From Antedon mediterranea (taxonomy: Eukaryota > Animalia > Echinodermata), in contig NC_092671.1 of NCBI RefSeq assembly GCF_964355755.1, positions 22,952,070-23,016,069 of the forward strand: a stretch of 64,000 nt of DNA. Reading direction: 5' to 3'. Position 1 is the first letter of the stretch. The number at the start of each line of letters is the position of its first letter. This document shows, in pieces, positions 52,236 through 64,000 of the stretch. A model generated the notes under the pieces. It was given only the letters and a program-made list of their open reading frames with translations. It was not told the DNA's origin and searched no databases. The translations under genes were made by a program, and so were the position numbers.

Positions 52236-52263
52236 AGTATAAATCAACTTCCTCAAGATTTCT
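52236..52263 (-). CDS. SETDB1: SETDB-family 28-nt micro-exon (RNLEEVDLY+t), MBD domain
   Basis: tttttaaAG|AGAAATCTTGAGGAAGTTGATTTATACT|GTAAG. Supplies the missing R..EE...Y MBD segment and joins the phase 0 and phase 1 flanking exons exactly. Confidence 0.85.
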
Positions 52264-52539
52264 CTTTAAAAAAAATTACATTAAATTATAAAATAATATA
52301 AACAGAGAAAGTGAAGTGTAATACAGGTTTTTGCTTATCAGTGTGTACTACTAATGCTTGTGAGTGGGGTTGGCCAATTAATTTAGAAAAGCAAACAAAA
52401 ACAGTATCTATCCGGAGCTACTCATTTGCAGAGTAGAGAAATGAAATAGATGGAATAAATGTTTTAAACCATGAAATAACTACTAAGGTTTTTATTATGC
52501 ACATTACATGGCAGATGAATAATTGTATCTCTTCTTTAG

Positions 52540-52722
52540 TATTCTTCTTTCCATTTTCGTGTCTCATACATCTCTAAAACTTGTCGACAATTTCAGCCCC
52601 TTTTAAATTCAAATCTCCCCCTGAAAACTCACCTTTTTCAATATTTATTCTTTTCATGTTACACTATGAGACTCTGGTAAAGAGCGCTTTTATAAATGTT
52701 CAATATTATTATTTATTATTAA
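52540..52722 (+). mobile_element. Short L2-type 3' end fragment
   Basis: ACTATGAGACTCTGGTAAAGAGCGCTTTTATAAATGTTCAATATTATTATT resembles an L2-type stem-loop followed by a (TTA)n tail. Confidence 0.45.
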
Positions 52723-52903
52723 ATGATGTCAGAGTTGCACATTGTGACATATGCACGATTTCATGAATTTCTATTGTTGATCATCTATATTATAATTTAA
52801 GAGTAAGGGAAAAAAGGTTTGTTATAAGATAAGATCTTGACAATAACAAGGAAAAGACAATTAAAAATAAACCATAAACTTAAAACAGCAAGTTATTCAA
52901 TTA

Positions 52904-53641
52904 CCGTAGTTCCCCGGGTATAATCCCACCCTTGTACGTGAAATTTGCCCGAATTTGGGAGGTGGGACTATACCCGGGGATTTCCCGGTGCATGAACTGA
53001 AAATGACAATATTTCTTCTGGCTACGATTTAGGCTATCTAAAGCTATATTCCGATGTAGGCCTAGACATTAGACTGCCATAGGCGGCCTAATTGGTCTAT
53101 GCCTACTGTATAGATTTTCTCCCAGATTTCTACTCAAAAAATACCCTAAAATGTGATCTGGGCCTGGCTTCCTAAATAATATCGACATAACTCATACAAG
53201 TTCTCCGTCTCTCCCGATTCCCCACGCTCGAGCTCTGTGCAAATCGCATGTTGTTGCATGTGACACGAACTACAGTACTGCTCCGGTCGGTATAGAGGGC
53301 GGTGTTTTTTTTTATGGTAATCAAGCATGCAGTAGTGTAAACAAGGCATGCAGAATGTACACGGCGAGCGAGTGTGCGGCGAATGCATGATGTGCAGAAC
53401 GCGAAGATCGGGGCGATGATATTAAGGTTGTATGCAATTTTACGACGGCCAATGTTTGATGAGTTTTAAGTCAGCCGAATTCAGAGAAATTACTCTATTT
53501 TTCTAGCTAGGCCTACCTCTTCTGTCCTAATGATAAATTATACATTGGGACTTTGCCCGGAGATATGCTTGCGTGCGAAGGTAATCGTAAAGTCGGGGGT
53601 GGGATTATACTCGAGGTGGGATTATACCCAAGGAACTACGG
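52904..53641. mobile_element. pogo-type MITE (CCGTA TIR, TA TSD)
   Basis: TA|CCGTAGTTCCCCGGGTATAATCCCACC ... GGTGGGATTATACCCAAGGAACTACGG|TA. Confidence 0.88.
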
Positions 53642-54304
53642 TACTTATATTTACACATAGAGAATACCTACCAAATGTACTTATCTTTTGACTAGCCAGT
53701 AAGTTTGGAATAGACAACATACATTTGAACAGTGAGGTGTGTGTGTAATTTACACAAGGATATCCTTACTTTTGAACTACTGTACTGGATGGATTTTTTG
53801 GGCAAAAAAACCTATAATAATTCCTTTAAAAATGCAAGACTATAGCAAATAACTACCGGTAGACCTACATTTTTTTTACCTAAATTAAGGTAAAAATAAA
53901 TACCACATGGACCTATTGCGATAATCGTTTTCGTCGATTCAACCAATCTTGTGAAAGGGTAAACAAATAAAAGAACCGTAACTTTTGAGCTAAAATACCA
54001 GGTATTCTCCCAAAAAAGGAAAGACAATAAATTCAGAAACGCGACAACATCAGGCAAGGCCTATAGTTAGTGTAAAATGTTTGTACGTTACTGCTCTTTA
54101 CCAGATAGGCCTAGAAACGTCTACGAGAGAACTTTCAACACGAACTACTTAGGTAGTGCATTGTTTTTTTTCCCTTTTTTTTTTTATCATAATTAACATT
54201 AGAACGCACATTTAAGACATGACCTACTTCAAAGTTATATATATATGCATTATTTGTCAAAAATTGCTAGTGTCTATAGTGTCTTTAATAATGAAAAAGT
54301 TGTG

Positions 54305-55735
54305 CATCTTTAAAATTTCGAAATGCGCAAAATTAATTTCTATCAAGTTTTTATGCAATTCATGACATTTTGCGCATACGGTGCGCACGGAGCATGAAAA
54401 TCATGTTTTTTTTCGAATCAACTTTTTACTCATTTCATGAAATTTTGAACATGTCAAAAATACCCAAGCGCGCGAAATAAATTACGCGCAAGGTGAATTA
54501 TATTTTTCAAGCCTTAATTCCTAGTAATTTTGAAAACAATTTAGACCTTTTCCACTTTAAATAACGTCATACGAAAACGTTGAACTATAGACAATTCGTG
54601 CACGTTTTTTATGGAAAAGCTAACAAAATCGTCAAAAGTATGTCTTTATGTCAGTCATAGTTTCTAAAGTAAACCGTGAAATTTATTTTCAGTGAATATC
54701 TTTGAAAAAAATGGCCTGTTTCACAGAAAGTTTAAAATTTAATAATGCGAAAAACCAATTTCCAATCAACTTTCTATGTGTTTCATGTCATATGAGCATG
54801 TCGAAATGGACAATTTTTTAATTTTGATGATGTTATCATGTTCAAAAGCGTGAATAACTTGTCACTTATTTTGATCATTACAGTAAATTTCAATGAAAAG
54901 TGATACTCTTAATCATGAGTATCACTTTTCATTCTACGTTTTCTGGAAGCTGTTGAATTGTAGATACAAATTCATGTACACATTTTGCGCATTGGATGTT
55001 GTGACGTCATCATATGGCCAGTTGAAATATAAAAGTCGTATTTTCATATTTTGCATCATAGTTCATGACATTTAAAAGAGCGCGCATGTCATATTATTTA
55101 TGTTGTGATTCTCTGTGTTTAGATAAGGATGCTTTAGACCAGGTCCGCCTTATATTATTAGCCAATCAAAATCGTATAATTTTTGGAGGGAAAATGTTAT
55201 CCTCCTCTGAAGCCTAAAATTTGCATGTCCAGTATAAAAGTGGAATGTAATAGATATTAGGAAGAGAAGAGAGAATAAGATCAGAGTAGATAAACGGAAA
55301 GATGATAAAGAAAATAAGGCTTGACTGGTAGTAAGATGTATTAATCGAGTTACAAGGAATAAAAGTTCTAGTTGAGTTAAATATACTTTTTGTATGAGTT
55401 ATCATTCAGTGACAGTGTACGTCGCGTGGAGTTATATACGCCTGAGAAAGCTCGGAACCAACTAAAATATATTCACTACAGCGCAGCTATATTCTACGTA
55501 TCCAAATTTTTTCAACACGTTGATATATTGTTGCTCAGATAATTCCCAAATTTCTATCTACATGTTTCATTTTGATAATGTCATGATGTTAAAAATTGGA
55601 ATAAAAGGCTGGTCCCGTTATTTTTACCTATTCTGCATTTTATGTAGTATGTATACAGTTAATAGTGTACTGTACATACTTAGACACAAAATATAGGGAA
55701 CACTAACATTTTATTTTCTTCAGGTCACAATGATA
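54305..55735 (+). mobile_element. Degenerate internal HINE fragment (interrupted by a solo LTR)
   Basis: Similar to 32040-32300 and 34250-34740. No termini found. Confidence 0.65.
55087..55480 (+). mobile_element. Solo LTR (394 bp)
   Basis: TG..CA ends with 5-bp TSD GCGCA at 55082-6 and 55481-5. Internal AGCCAATC, TATAAAAG and AATAAA occur in promoter-to-polyA order. Confidence 0.8.
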
Positions 55736-56461
55736 TAATCGTTACCCTTACTTTTGCAGCCCAAAGAGGGAGGCCTTCTATTCGAGGGATGTGTTCGTTT
55801 TCGAGATGGGCTTCTTAACGGGGTTTTACGGTATGCATAGTATACTGTATTATATATTTATTTATTTCATTCCTATCCAACAGCGAATCATCGCCACTAA
55901 TAACACTGAGTCTGTATCTCTGTATTACAGTCAATATGATGTAATTTTCAAATGAAATCACATACAAAAGGTCATTATAGTGATCTGTTAATATTGTTCG
56001 TGGTTCATAAAAAAAAAGAAAGGGTAGTCGATTATATAGAACCTAAAAATCTTAAACTACTTAACTTAAATTGCATTTTCAACTGGTATACATGGTATTT
56101 GATCAATGAAAATGCTTTCAATGTGTTCACTGGGTATGAAAACTTAGGAGTTTTAACAAAAATTTTAATAAATGGATTATTAGTTTAGGAGATATTGTGA
56201 AAATATGGGTTTTATAGCTAATTTGCATATTTATGCTCATTTGCATATGAAGGCGGAGGGTTGATTAGTTGTACGTGATCAGGACAACATATACATTCAT
56301 GTAAAACTCAAAAATCTTTGCCAACAATTTTGTCCAGCTCATCTGCTAGATTCAGTAGCTTATATTTTCAATACAAGTTAGGAAGCAACGGTTAGCATAT
56401 TCTTATGGCCGTTTATTTGATACTAAATAGTTCTTCAAAACACTGAAAAAGAAGTACATAC

Positions 56462-56637
56462 CAAACGTTTTCCACAAGGAGTTCGATAAAAGACAGTTTT
56501 CCTACCACTTCCTCGTTTACCAGAAAGCTCTCTCTGCCAACCAACAATCTGTGGCCATCGAAGAGGATTCTCGTCTTTCAGATCTTGAACTTTGTTTTTA
56601 ACTGGAACCACACATAAACAACTGCAGGAATGTTTTT
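56462..56637 (-). CDS. SETDB1: SETDB1/SETDB2 (eggless)-family H3K9 methyltransferase, exon encoding first part of the MBD domain
   Basis: Manual translation: KHSCSCLCVVPVKNKVQDLKDENPLRWPQIVGWQRELSGKRGSGRKTVFYRTPCGKRL. Matches the SETDB MBD pattern (H.C...C...NPL..P....R....V.Y.TPCG..L). AG acceptor at 56638-9, GTATG donor, ends in phase 0. SETDB1 versus SETDB2 not resolved. Confidence 0.9.
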
Positions 56638-56989
56638 CTATAAGAAAAAACCTTCTAGTAAAGGATAAAGCAAACTAAAGAATATATGTGGAGTATTGAG
56701 TGATTAAGCAACTTCTTTAGGTATTTCAATTGTTTTTTATGCAATATAACAAGTAAATAATAGTTCAATAGAACATTAGCGTTTTACGATAAGTAGTTTT
56801 TAACAAAAAAAATCAGTATTTTATGAATACAGTCTATAATTGTAACGCAAATTGGAAATTTCTTATTGATATCCACTCCCAGTGTACTAGCTCATACAGT
56901 CACCATCGTGGACAGACATAATAGTGCCGTAGTTGGCAGCACCAACATGTTCTTATAATCAAAAAACATATAAGGGCAAGCACTACACA

Positions 56990-58245
56990 CAGTGGCGGAT
57001 ATAGCGGGGGGGGGGGGCGTATGGGGCGTACGCCCCTCTATTTTTTAAATTTTTTTTTTTTTTGACAAAAATTAAATATATTTTAAAAACACATATCGTT
57101 TCGACGGTCATCAATCACCGATGGTTTGCACATTTTAATAGTGAAAATAGTACGTCGGAGCACATCGTCAGCTTGATCGCATTCCACCAAGCATGTACGT
57201 CGACATCCTTTGTTACCAACGATCATTCACAGTTAAGTGTAAAAGGAGCAAGTTGATAAAGCCACGTGGTGAGCTTGGTCGCGTTCCACTAAGCAGGTCG
57301 GCATCCTTTGTGATCGTCACTCCCGTATTGTAGAATAGCGGTACCTCCGACGATCAATAGAGTTGATGAAGCCACATGGTCAGTTCTACTATACTACGCG
57401 CGCATTTATTAAGTACAATAAAAACAAAGGCTAGGACTGTATATAGTGCCTATGAAAATTATCTTGTTAGGCCTATATTTTAACAATGCTGCAGCATTTC
57501 ATTTTCATGACCCTTGTTGTTTTATTTGCTTCTCCGTCGATGATTCTCATAAACAAATCGCGATGACAAAAGAGGTGTTTTGTTTTTTTCAAATCACTAA
57601 ATATAATGTAATGATGATCGAGCCGGACCGCTAATTTTTAAACGATCGTTTAAACCCGGTCGTTGAATATGCCGTGATTTTAATTGTCAAAAACATGAAC
57701 GTCAGTTGATGTCTCGGAGTTTTGATAAATCTCGCGTCGCATGTGTTACGTGGTGGTGGAAAACACTCTCAGCAAGTTTGCTTCATTAATATGCATGAGA
57801 CTCTGTGACGACCCGCTTTAACGTGACGTCATTTTACTTTAGCTGCATGCGAAGAAAGTAGTCATCGCGATCGACCCGGCGCGCGTGTAAGAAAATAATA
57901 CCGGCCTAGGCTAGGACAAGTTTATAAAAAAAGTTTATAAAGTTTATAAAACATCGTCGCATTGTAAAAATTTAGATGTAAAGTACAGGCAAGTTGTTAG
58001 CTTGCTTTTGGTACCCTAGGTAAGTATCAGCTGCATGTTCCACATGTCGTAATTTGAGTGTTTGGTAAATGACATTTTGAGATGTTTGTAAATCGTTTTA
58101 AACGACTTACAATGCGCTAGGATGCCAAAATTTCCAGGGGCCGTCGGCCCCTGGACCCCGACCGGGGGCCCTTCCCGGCCAATGTTTGCTCGCTTCGCTC
58201 GCAAAGCTACGCCACCCCTATTTCAATATCCTGGATCCGCCCCTG
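56990..58245. mobile_element. hAT-like non-autonomous element
   Basis: CAGTGGCGGATATAG ... CTGGATCCGCCCCTG with GC-rich subterminal tracts. The flanks share only ACACA, so there is no full 8-bp TSD. Confidence 0.65.
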
Positions 58246-58309
58246 ACACATAAGGTGGCAGCTGAGGAGCTTAATTCTTCAATGTTATTTCCTCTTTATA
58301 AAACTTATT

Positions 58310-59200
58310 GGTTATCCGCAACGAAGTTGCTGGATAACCTCTTGTTATTGTACGAAATCCTATTTTTTTTCTTATTCTTCTTTCTTTCTGTAATTTTTTG
58401 TGTCACGCGTATCTCAAAAACTTGCAAACATAACGTTTCGTAACTTTCTCAACATATCGCCATTCAATTTAATATTTAACATAGGTCAAAAACCAAATAA
58501 CATTTTTAATTGAAACTTAGCCAAAGTTTAATTTACATCATACGCTAACTTTCTATGGATTAAAAATGGCATGTAACATTAGAATGTGTGCGCGTAAATG
58601 GCGTTTGAAATTAGATTAAATTTTGATTAAATTAGAGCACGTTTCAGGTCATTTTAAGGCTTCAAAAAATTGACACCAGGTGCGCACGTAAAACACGCTT
58701 GACCATTTCTTTTGCACGATTTGTGTTTTTCAATCTTCGGTTAACAATTTTACGTTATTTTATTCACTATTCAACTTGAAATGACGTTCTACGAGCACGT
58801 TAAACATGACTGGTTGCGCACTTAAAATGTTTAAAAATTGTGAAAATGTTGCAAAATATGTCTACTTTTAAAAACGATACAGTTCATCAGAATGCACGGT
58901 TACCCCCATTTATTATTTTATTTTCTTGCAGTGTATGAATCGTAGATGTGATTTATTATAGTGTTGAATGTCAAAACGTGTTTGATGGCTACATTATTTG
59001 CATATTAAATATAATTTTTGAAATTTTTACAATCAAACCAACAATAACATTTTCAAAGAGCAAAACAATAAACATAAAGTTTATCTTTTTTCTTCATATT
59101 GTAATAAATAAAACTTGAAAGTATGCACTTTCATAAGGGAGCGTGCCCAAATGTTTTTACTCCGTTAATAGACTTTTAAATGCGTTAATAATATGCAAAA
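58310..59200 (+). mobile_element. HINE family D, 5' part
   Basis: TT|GGTTATCCGCAACGAAGTTGCTGGATAACC head, (TTC) tract, and body similar to the other HINEs. 3' end not found. Confidence 0.7.
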
Positions 59201-59863
59201 CGTTAATGAGTTGGGCGGTCTGTACTCAGCAGAGCGTGTCATGGTTAATACTGTACAATGAAATTGAATTTACTATCTAACGCGTAAAACGGAAGAACAA
59301 CGTCCGTTGTTTTCGTCCGTTAAACGCCGACCTAACAGATCGTTTTTATATTCGTTAAACGCTCATTTAACGGACCCTTGTACTTACAATATCACACCAC
59401 ACATTACAGAGTTCAATACAATAATATCTAATAATAATATGAAGATCGACGGCAATTGCTGTAGAAAGGGCCTTGAAACTGCAGATGATGTTGTGGTAAA
59501 CCGTCATTTCGACGGCAAAAAAAAAATGCTGTTAAAACAACCTTACCCAACATTAAATTATCAGCATCTACAATTCCACAATTTTTGTTGAACATTTTCA
59601 ACTTATAGAACATTCCTATAATATACTAATTTTTTGTTTAGCATGCTTGACGTTAATTCCTTTTTTATTTTTTACCCCGTACACTTGACCGAAAAAAAAA
59701 ATGGCGAAATTGTAAACACGGATAAAACCCCCGACTGTCGTATCGATAGTATCAGCATGTATAGCCTTTATGGACGATGGTATGGACCAAACCATATAGA
59801 AACCGATCGCCGTCTATCTAGAGCTAAAACATTTACTGACTGTAGCAGCCGCGCGAGTTAAGT

Positions 59864-60291
59864 GTGTCCAAAAACAGAGGAGGAAACTTTGGGCGATATG
59901 ATGTCACGTTATTAGCAAGCACATGGTTTTTTATCACCGCGAAGCGATGTACAACACGCACCACAGTGTTTTTGGCCAGCCTCCGTGATGCTGCTGCAAG
60001 GGTGTCATGTTTAGTACAAAATACTAAAAAAAACTGTGTACATTAACAATTATTGTATTACGTAAATAAATTTAATTATTACTTTAACTATCGCTGACCT
60101 CGAGGTGTCCAAAAACAGAGGATGAAACTTTGGGCGATATGACGTCACGTTATTAGCAAGCACATGGTTTTTATCACCGCGATGTACACACGCACCACGG
60201 TGTTTTTGGCAGCCTCCGTGATGCTGCTGCAAGGGTGTCATGTTTATTACAAAATACAAAAAAAAAACTGTGTACATTAACAATTATTGTA
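59864..60291 (+). repeat. Direct duplication of about 190 bp
   Basis: GTGTCCAAAAACAGAGGA...CATTAACAATTATTGTAT at about 59864 and 60105. Confidence 0.9.
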
Positions 60292-60459
60292 TCTATTTCG
60301 GCCTAAATGGTGTAATAGGCAAAACACTTATAACAGTATATATATAAAATAAATATATAAAAACAATGTACAATTGCCTTCTTGCAGTAGGGAGGCGTCG
60401 CAAAAAAAGGAATTCCCCTACTTGCTCTCAACCAAGCGCGAATTTACTATTCAGTGCGT

Positions 60460-61545
60460 TGTTCCGTTAAACGCCGAGTTAAAGGACGATAGATGACAGT
60501 AGAGTATGCATCATTCGAATACCCATCATTCCCGGAGTTTACTGAGTTTTTGTGTCCATTAAACGCCGAGCTAACGGACGGTAGTATTAAAATGACAGCA
60601 TAATATAGAGTATAGCATTATTCCACAGGTTATATTACTGAGTTTTTGTGTCCGTTAAACGCCAAGCTTACGGACGATAGTAATAAATGACAAATAGAGT
60701 ATAGCATCATTCCACAATTTACTGAGTTTTTGTGTCCGTTAAACGCCGAGTTTACGGACGATAGTGTTGAATGACAGCTGCATATAGAGTATACCATCAT
60801 TCCACAGTATACTGGGTTTTTGAGTCCGTTAAACGCCGAGCTAGCGGACGATAGTATTGAATGACAGTATTATATAGCATCATATTCCACAGTTTTACTG
60901 AGTTTTTGAGTCCGTTAAATGCCGAGTTTACGGACGATAGTAATAAATGACAGTAGGCCTATTATATAGAGTGTAGTATCATTCTACAGTTTACTGAGTT
61001 TTTGTGTCCGTTAAACGCCGACAGCATATACTGTAGAGTATAGCATCATTCCACAGTATACTCATGGAGCTATACAATTTTATAGCTCCATGGTATACTG
61101 TATTGAGTTTTTGTGTCCGTTAAACACCGAGCTAACGGCGGACGATAGTATTGAATTACAATAGAGTAGCATCATTCCACAATTTACTGAGTTTTTGTGT
61201 CCGTTAAACGCCGAGCTAACGGACGATAGTATTGAATGACAGCATACAGAGTATAGCATTATTCCACAGGTTACTGAGTTTTTGTGTCCGTTAAACGCCG
61301 ATCTAACGGACGATAGTATTGAATTACAGTAGAGTAGCATCATTCCACAATCTACTGAGTTTTTGTGTCCGTTAAACGCCGATCTAACGGACGATAGTAT
61401 TGAATGACAGCATACAGAGTATAGCATTATTCCACAGGTTACTGAGTGTTTGTGTCCGTTAAACGCCGAGCTAACGGACGATAGTATTGAATGACAGTAG
61501 GCCTATATAGAGTAGCATTATTCCACAGTACTGAGGTTTTATGTC
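60460..61545. repeat. About 85-bp satellite array (about 12 units) with internal hairpin
   Basis: Unit ACTGAGTTTTTGTGTCCGTTAAACGCCGAGCTAACGGACGATAGTATTGAATGACAG...ATTCCACAG. The stem is GTCCGTTA / TAACGGAC. Confidence 0.92.
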
Positions 61546-61560
61546 ATATACAAATAACAA

Positions 61561-63133
61561 CTAGACATGAAACTCGTCACTTTGACGAGTTAGTTATCCG
61601 CACGACAAACGCCACGTGCACGTCATACGGTGGAATATTGCACACAGAAAAAGATTATGGCATTATGACCTGAACTGAAGAATATCATATCTTGTTAGTG
61701 CTGAATTCTGTCTATTTTGTGTCATATAGTATATGCAGTATAATCTGTATACATATTACATACAGTGTAGAATAGGTGAAATTACGGGACCCACCGTTTA
61801 TTCCAATTTTTAACATGGCGACGGTATTAAAATTAAACACTAAGATAGCAATTTCGGAAGGACATTATCTCACCACCAACATATTAACGTGTAGAAGAAA
61901 TTTGAATACGTAGAATATGGATGCGTGCTCGTTTAAATATGATGAACCATGACGCAAAATATGAAAATACGACTTTTTTTATTCAACTGGCCATAGGATG
62001 ACTTCACAACATCCGATTGGCAAAATGTTTACATTAATTCGTATCTACAGTCCAATAGCTTCCAGAAAACGTTTTAATCATAATTATCACTTTTTATTCT
62101 TACGAGCTATAACAGATTAAAATTTACTGTAAAGATGAAATTAATAACCCTGTTAATTATAATTTTTAGGCATGATGACGTCATAAAAATTAAAATATTT
62201 TTAACTCATGCGAAAGATAGTTGATTGACCTAGACAATATTAAAATCTCAGAGAAAAAAGGAATACAGATAGGCGTGATGCGCTCCATTGAATATGATGA
62301 GCAATAACGAAAGAGACAAAAATCCTATATTTTTCATTCGTGTGGCCATACGATGACGTCACAAAGTCCGGTTAGCCATATTGATTCATGATCCGATATC
62401 TACAACTCATCAACTTCCAGAATTTGTAATTTAAAAAAATTTCACCTCGTTGTTTAGAATCTTTGACTGTTTAAAAAAAGGCATAATTTTGACGAATTTT
62501 GACAAATTTTTTAACTTTTTCATAAAAAACGCACGTAAATTATTCAATTCAACGTGCCCGTATGACGTAATTTTAAATCGAAATTGTTTAAAAGTTGGTA
62601 AAATTACTAGAAAAGGCTGAAAAAACATAAATCACACAAAAAAATTGTTTTCAACGCTACGTTCGCACCATGCGCGTAAAAAAAGGCGCGCGCGTGGGAA
62701 TTTTTTACATGCTTAAAATTACATGAAACGCGTAGAAAGTTGATTAGAAATTGATTTTTCGCATTTTGAAATTTTTAACTTCGTGTGAAACATGCCATTT
62801 TTTCCCCATAGTCAGTTAGCGCAAGATATAACTTAAACTTTTGTCAAGTTTCATATTAAATTGTTATATGGTTTTTGATCTATGTTAAATACGCGAAATT
62901 CGGAAAAACGCGCGTAAGTCATGTTGCGCAACTCTGACGTCATTAAAAAATAGGAGGTGCACAATTTCACGTAAATGCCCACATGTTGACAAAGTTATGA
63001 AATGTTATGTTTACACGTTTTTGAGTTACGCGAGACACAAAAATGACAGAAAGAAAGAAGAATACAGAAAAAAAAAAAAAAAGATGATGAAACAGGACAG
63101 TTACAAGGAGTTATCCGCTCAATGCGGATAACT
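61561..63133 (-). mobile_element. HINE family C, complete, inverted
   Basis: CTAG, hairpin and subTIR at 61561-61602; head hairpin at 63109-63133. Reverse-colinear with 33245-34835. Confidence 0.87.
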
Positions 63134-64000
63134 AATAAATCTGGGGAAAAAGCAGAATCCCAGAGAGATACAGGATCTTTGGTTGCTTATGCAGATTGCA
63201 ATCAGCACATTTTTTTCAGTGAGAAGAATTCCTGGCGTTAAATAAAGTGTACCTTTCGAACTCCATATGTTCTTCACAGTCTGAACTGATACAGTAAATT
63301 ATTTTTAAAAATATTGTCTAAAGTGCAAATCTATTTGATTGTTTAATTAATGAAATGTTATGGATAAGAGTTGAAACCGTCACAAAATGGCTCAGTCAAA
63401 GCAAAATTATTTAACAATTTTAACGAGAGGAGGAGCTTATCTTTCTAGGCTTTCTTTGTTATTAATTGTTTATAGTATGTAATCTAAACAATAGCTACGC
63501 GATTGTCTGGCGGTGTACTTTTAACGAATCGTTCATGGCCTAGCTCTCTGTAGTGCGGTATTCGCGTCAATATCATGTTACATCCAGGGATAAAAAATAC
63601 GTTTTTTTTTTTCAGGTGAAAGTCAGCTATTACAAATTTAGACATGTGTCGCCCGACGTACCAGGCTAAAAAATACCATGAATCGGATCGTAAATAGTAT
63701 GCTTAGACCTATATATTTTTATTTTACCGTGTAGGCCTAGGCCTATATATATTTTTATTTTACCGTGTAGGCCTAGGATATAGTATTATACATGATTATT
63801 TTAATAAATATAATTATATGCGTTGTAACAACAACGACCGGACTGCTAATAACCCGTTATTTTGAGTCATCATAGGATTTCACGCAACATACCATAACAA
63901 GGACTGTTAATAACGCGTTGGAATCATCGTTACGCAACACTGAACAGCATGTCCGGTCTCCCGTTAATTACGCGTTCAATAATGGAGTGATAACAACAGC

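Noticed and set aside
60460-61545. CRISPR-like array
   Set aside because: The regions between conserved blocks are homologous to each other, there are no cas genes, and the context is eukaryotic. It is a satellite.
63253-63285. Possible upstream SETDB exon (TVKNIWSSK, AAG|GTACAC, phase 1)
   Set aside because: Phase-compatible, but I recognise no homology and the acceptor is ambiguous. Needs RNA-seq.

Overview
AT-rich animal genomic DNA, probably a marine invertebrate deuterostome; this is inferred from a Deu-type SINE core, a 2A-bearing L2/CR1 LINE and the transposon spectrum. No prokaryotic features are present. The only host gene I can support is four spliced minus-strand exons (56462-56637, 52236-52263, 50705-50997, 37712-37833) encoding the MBD and pre-SET region of a SETDB1/SETDB2 (eggless) family H3K9 methyltransferase. 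I found no next exon in the remaining 37.7 kb. Much of the rest is transposable element sequence, often deeply nested, with many ends and target-site duplications (TSDs) readable base by base. Nest 1 is an Academ-like transposase split by a Sola2-like foldback element, which holds a spliced FLYWCH-MULE (Phantom-like) transposon, which holds a MULE MITE. Nest 2 is Harbinger > P-like > (2A-LINE; ISL2EU > EnSpm-like). Also present are stacked Helentron-type (HINE/DINE-1-like) elements, two further LINEs, Deu-type SINEs with different tails, a Helitron, a solo LTR, a Penelope hammerhead remnant, satellites, and widespread TA(GGCC/GCC/GGC/GC)TA micro-insertions. Superfamily names come from terminal and TSD signatures and remembered motifs, not database searches.
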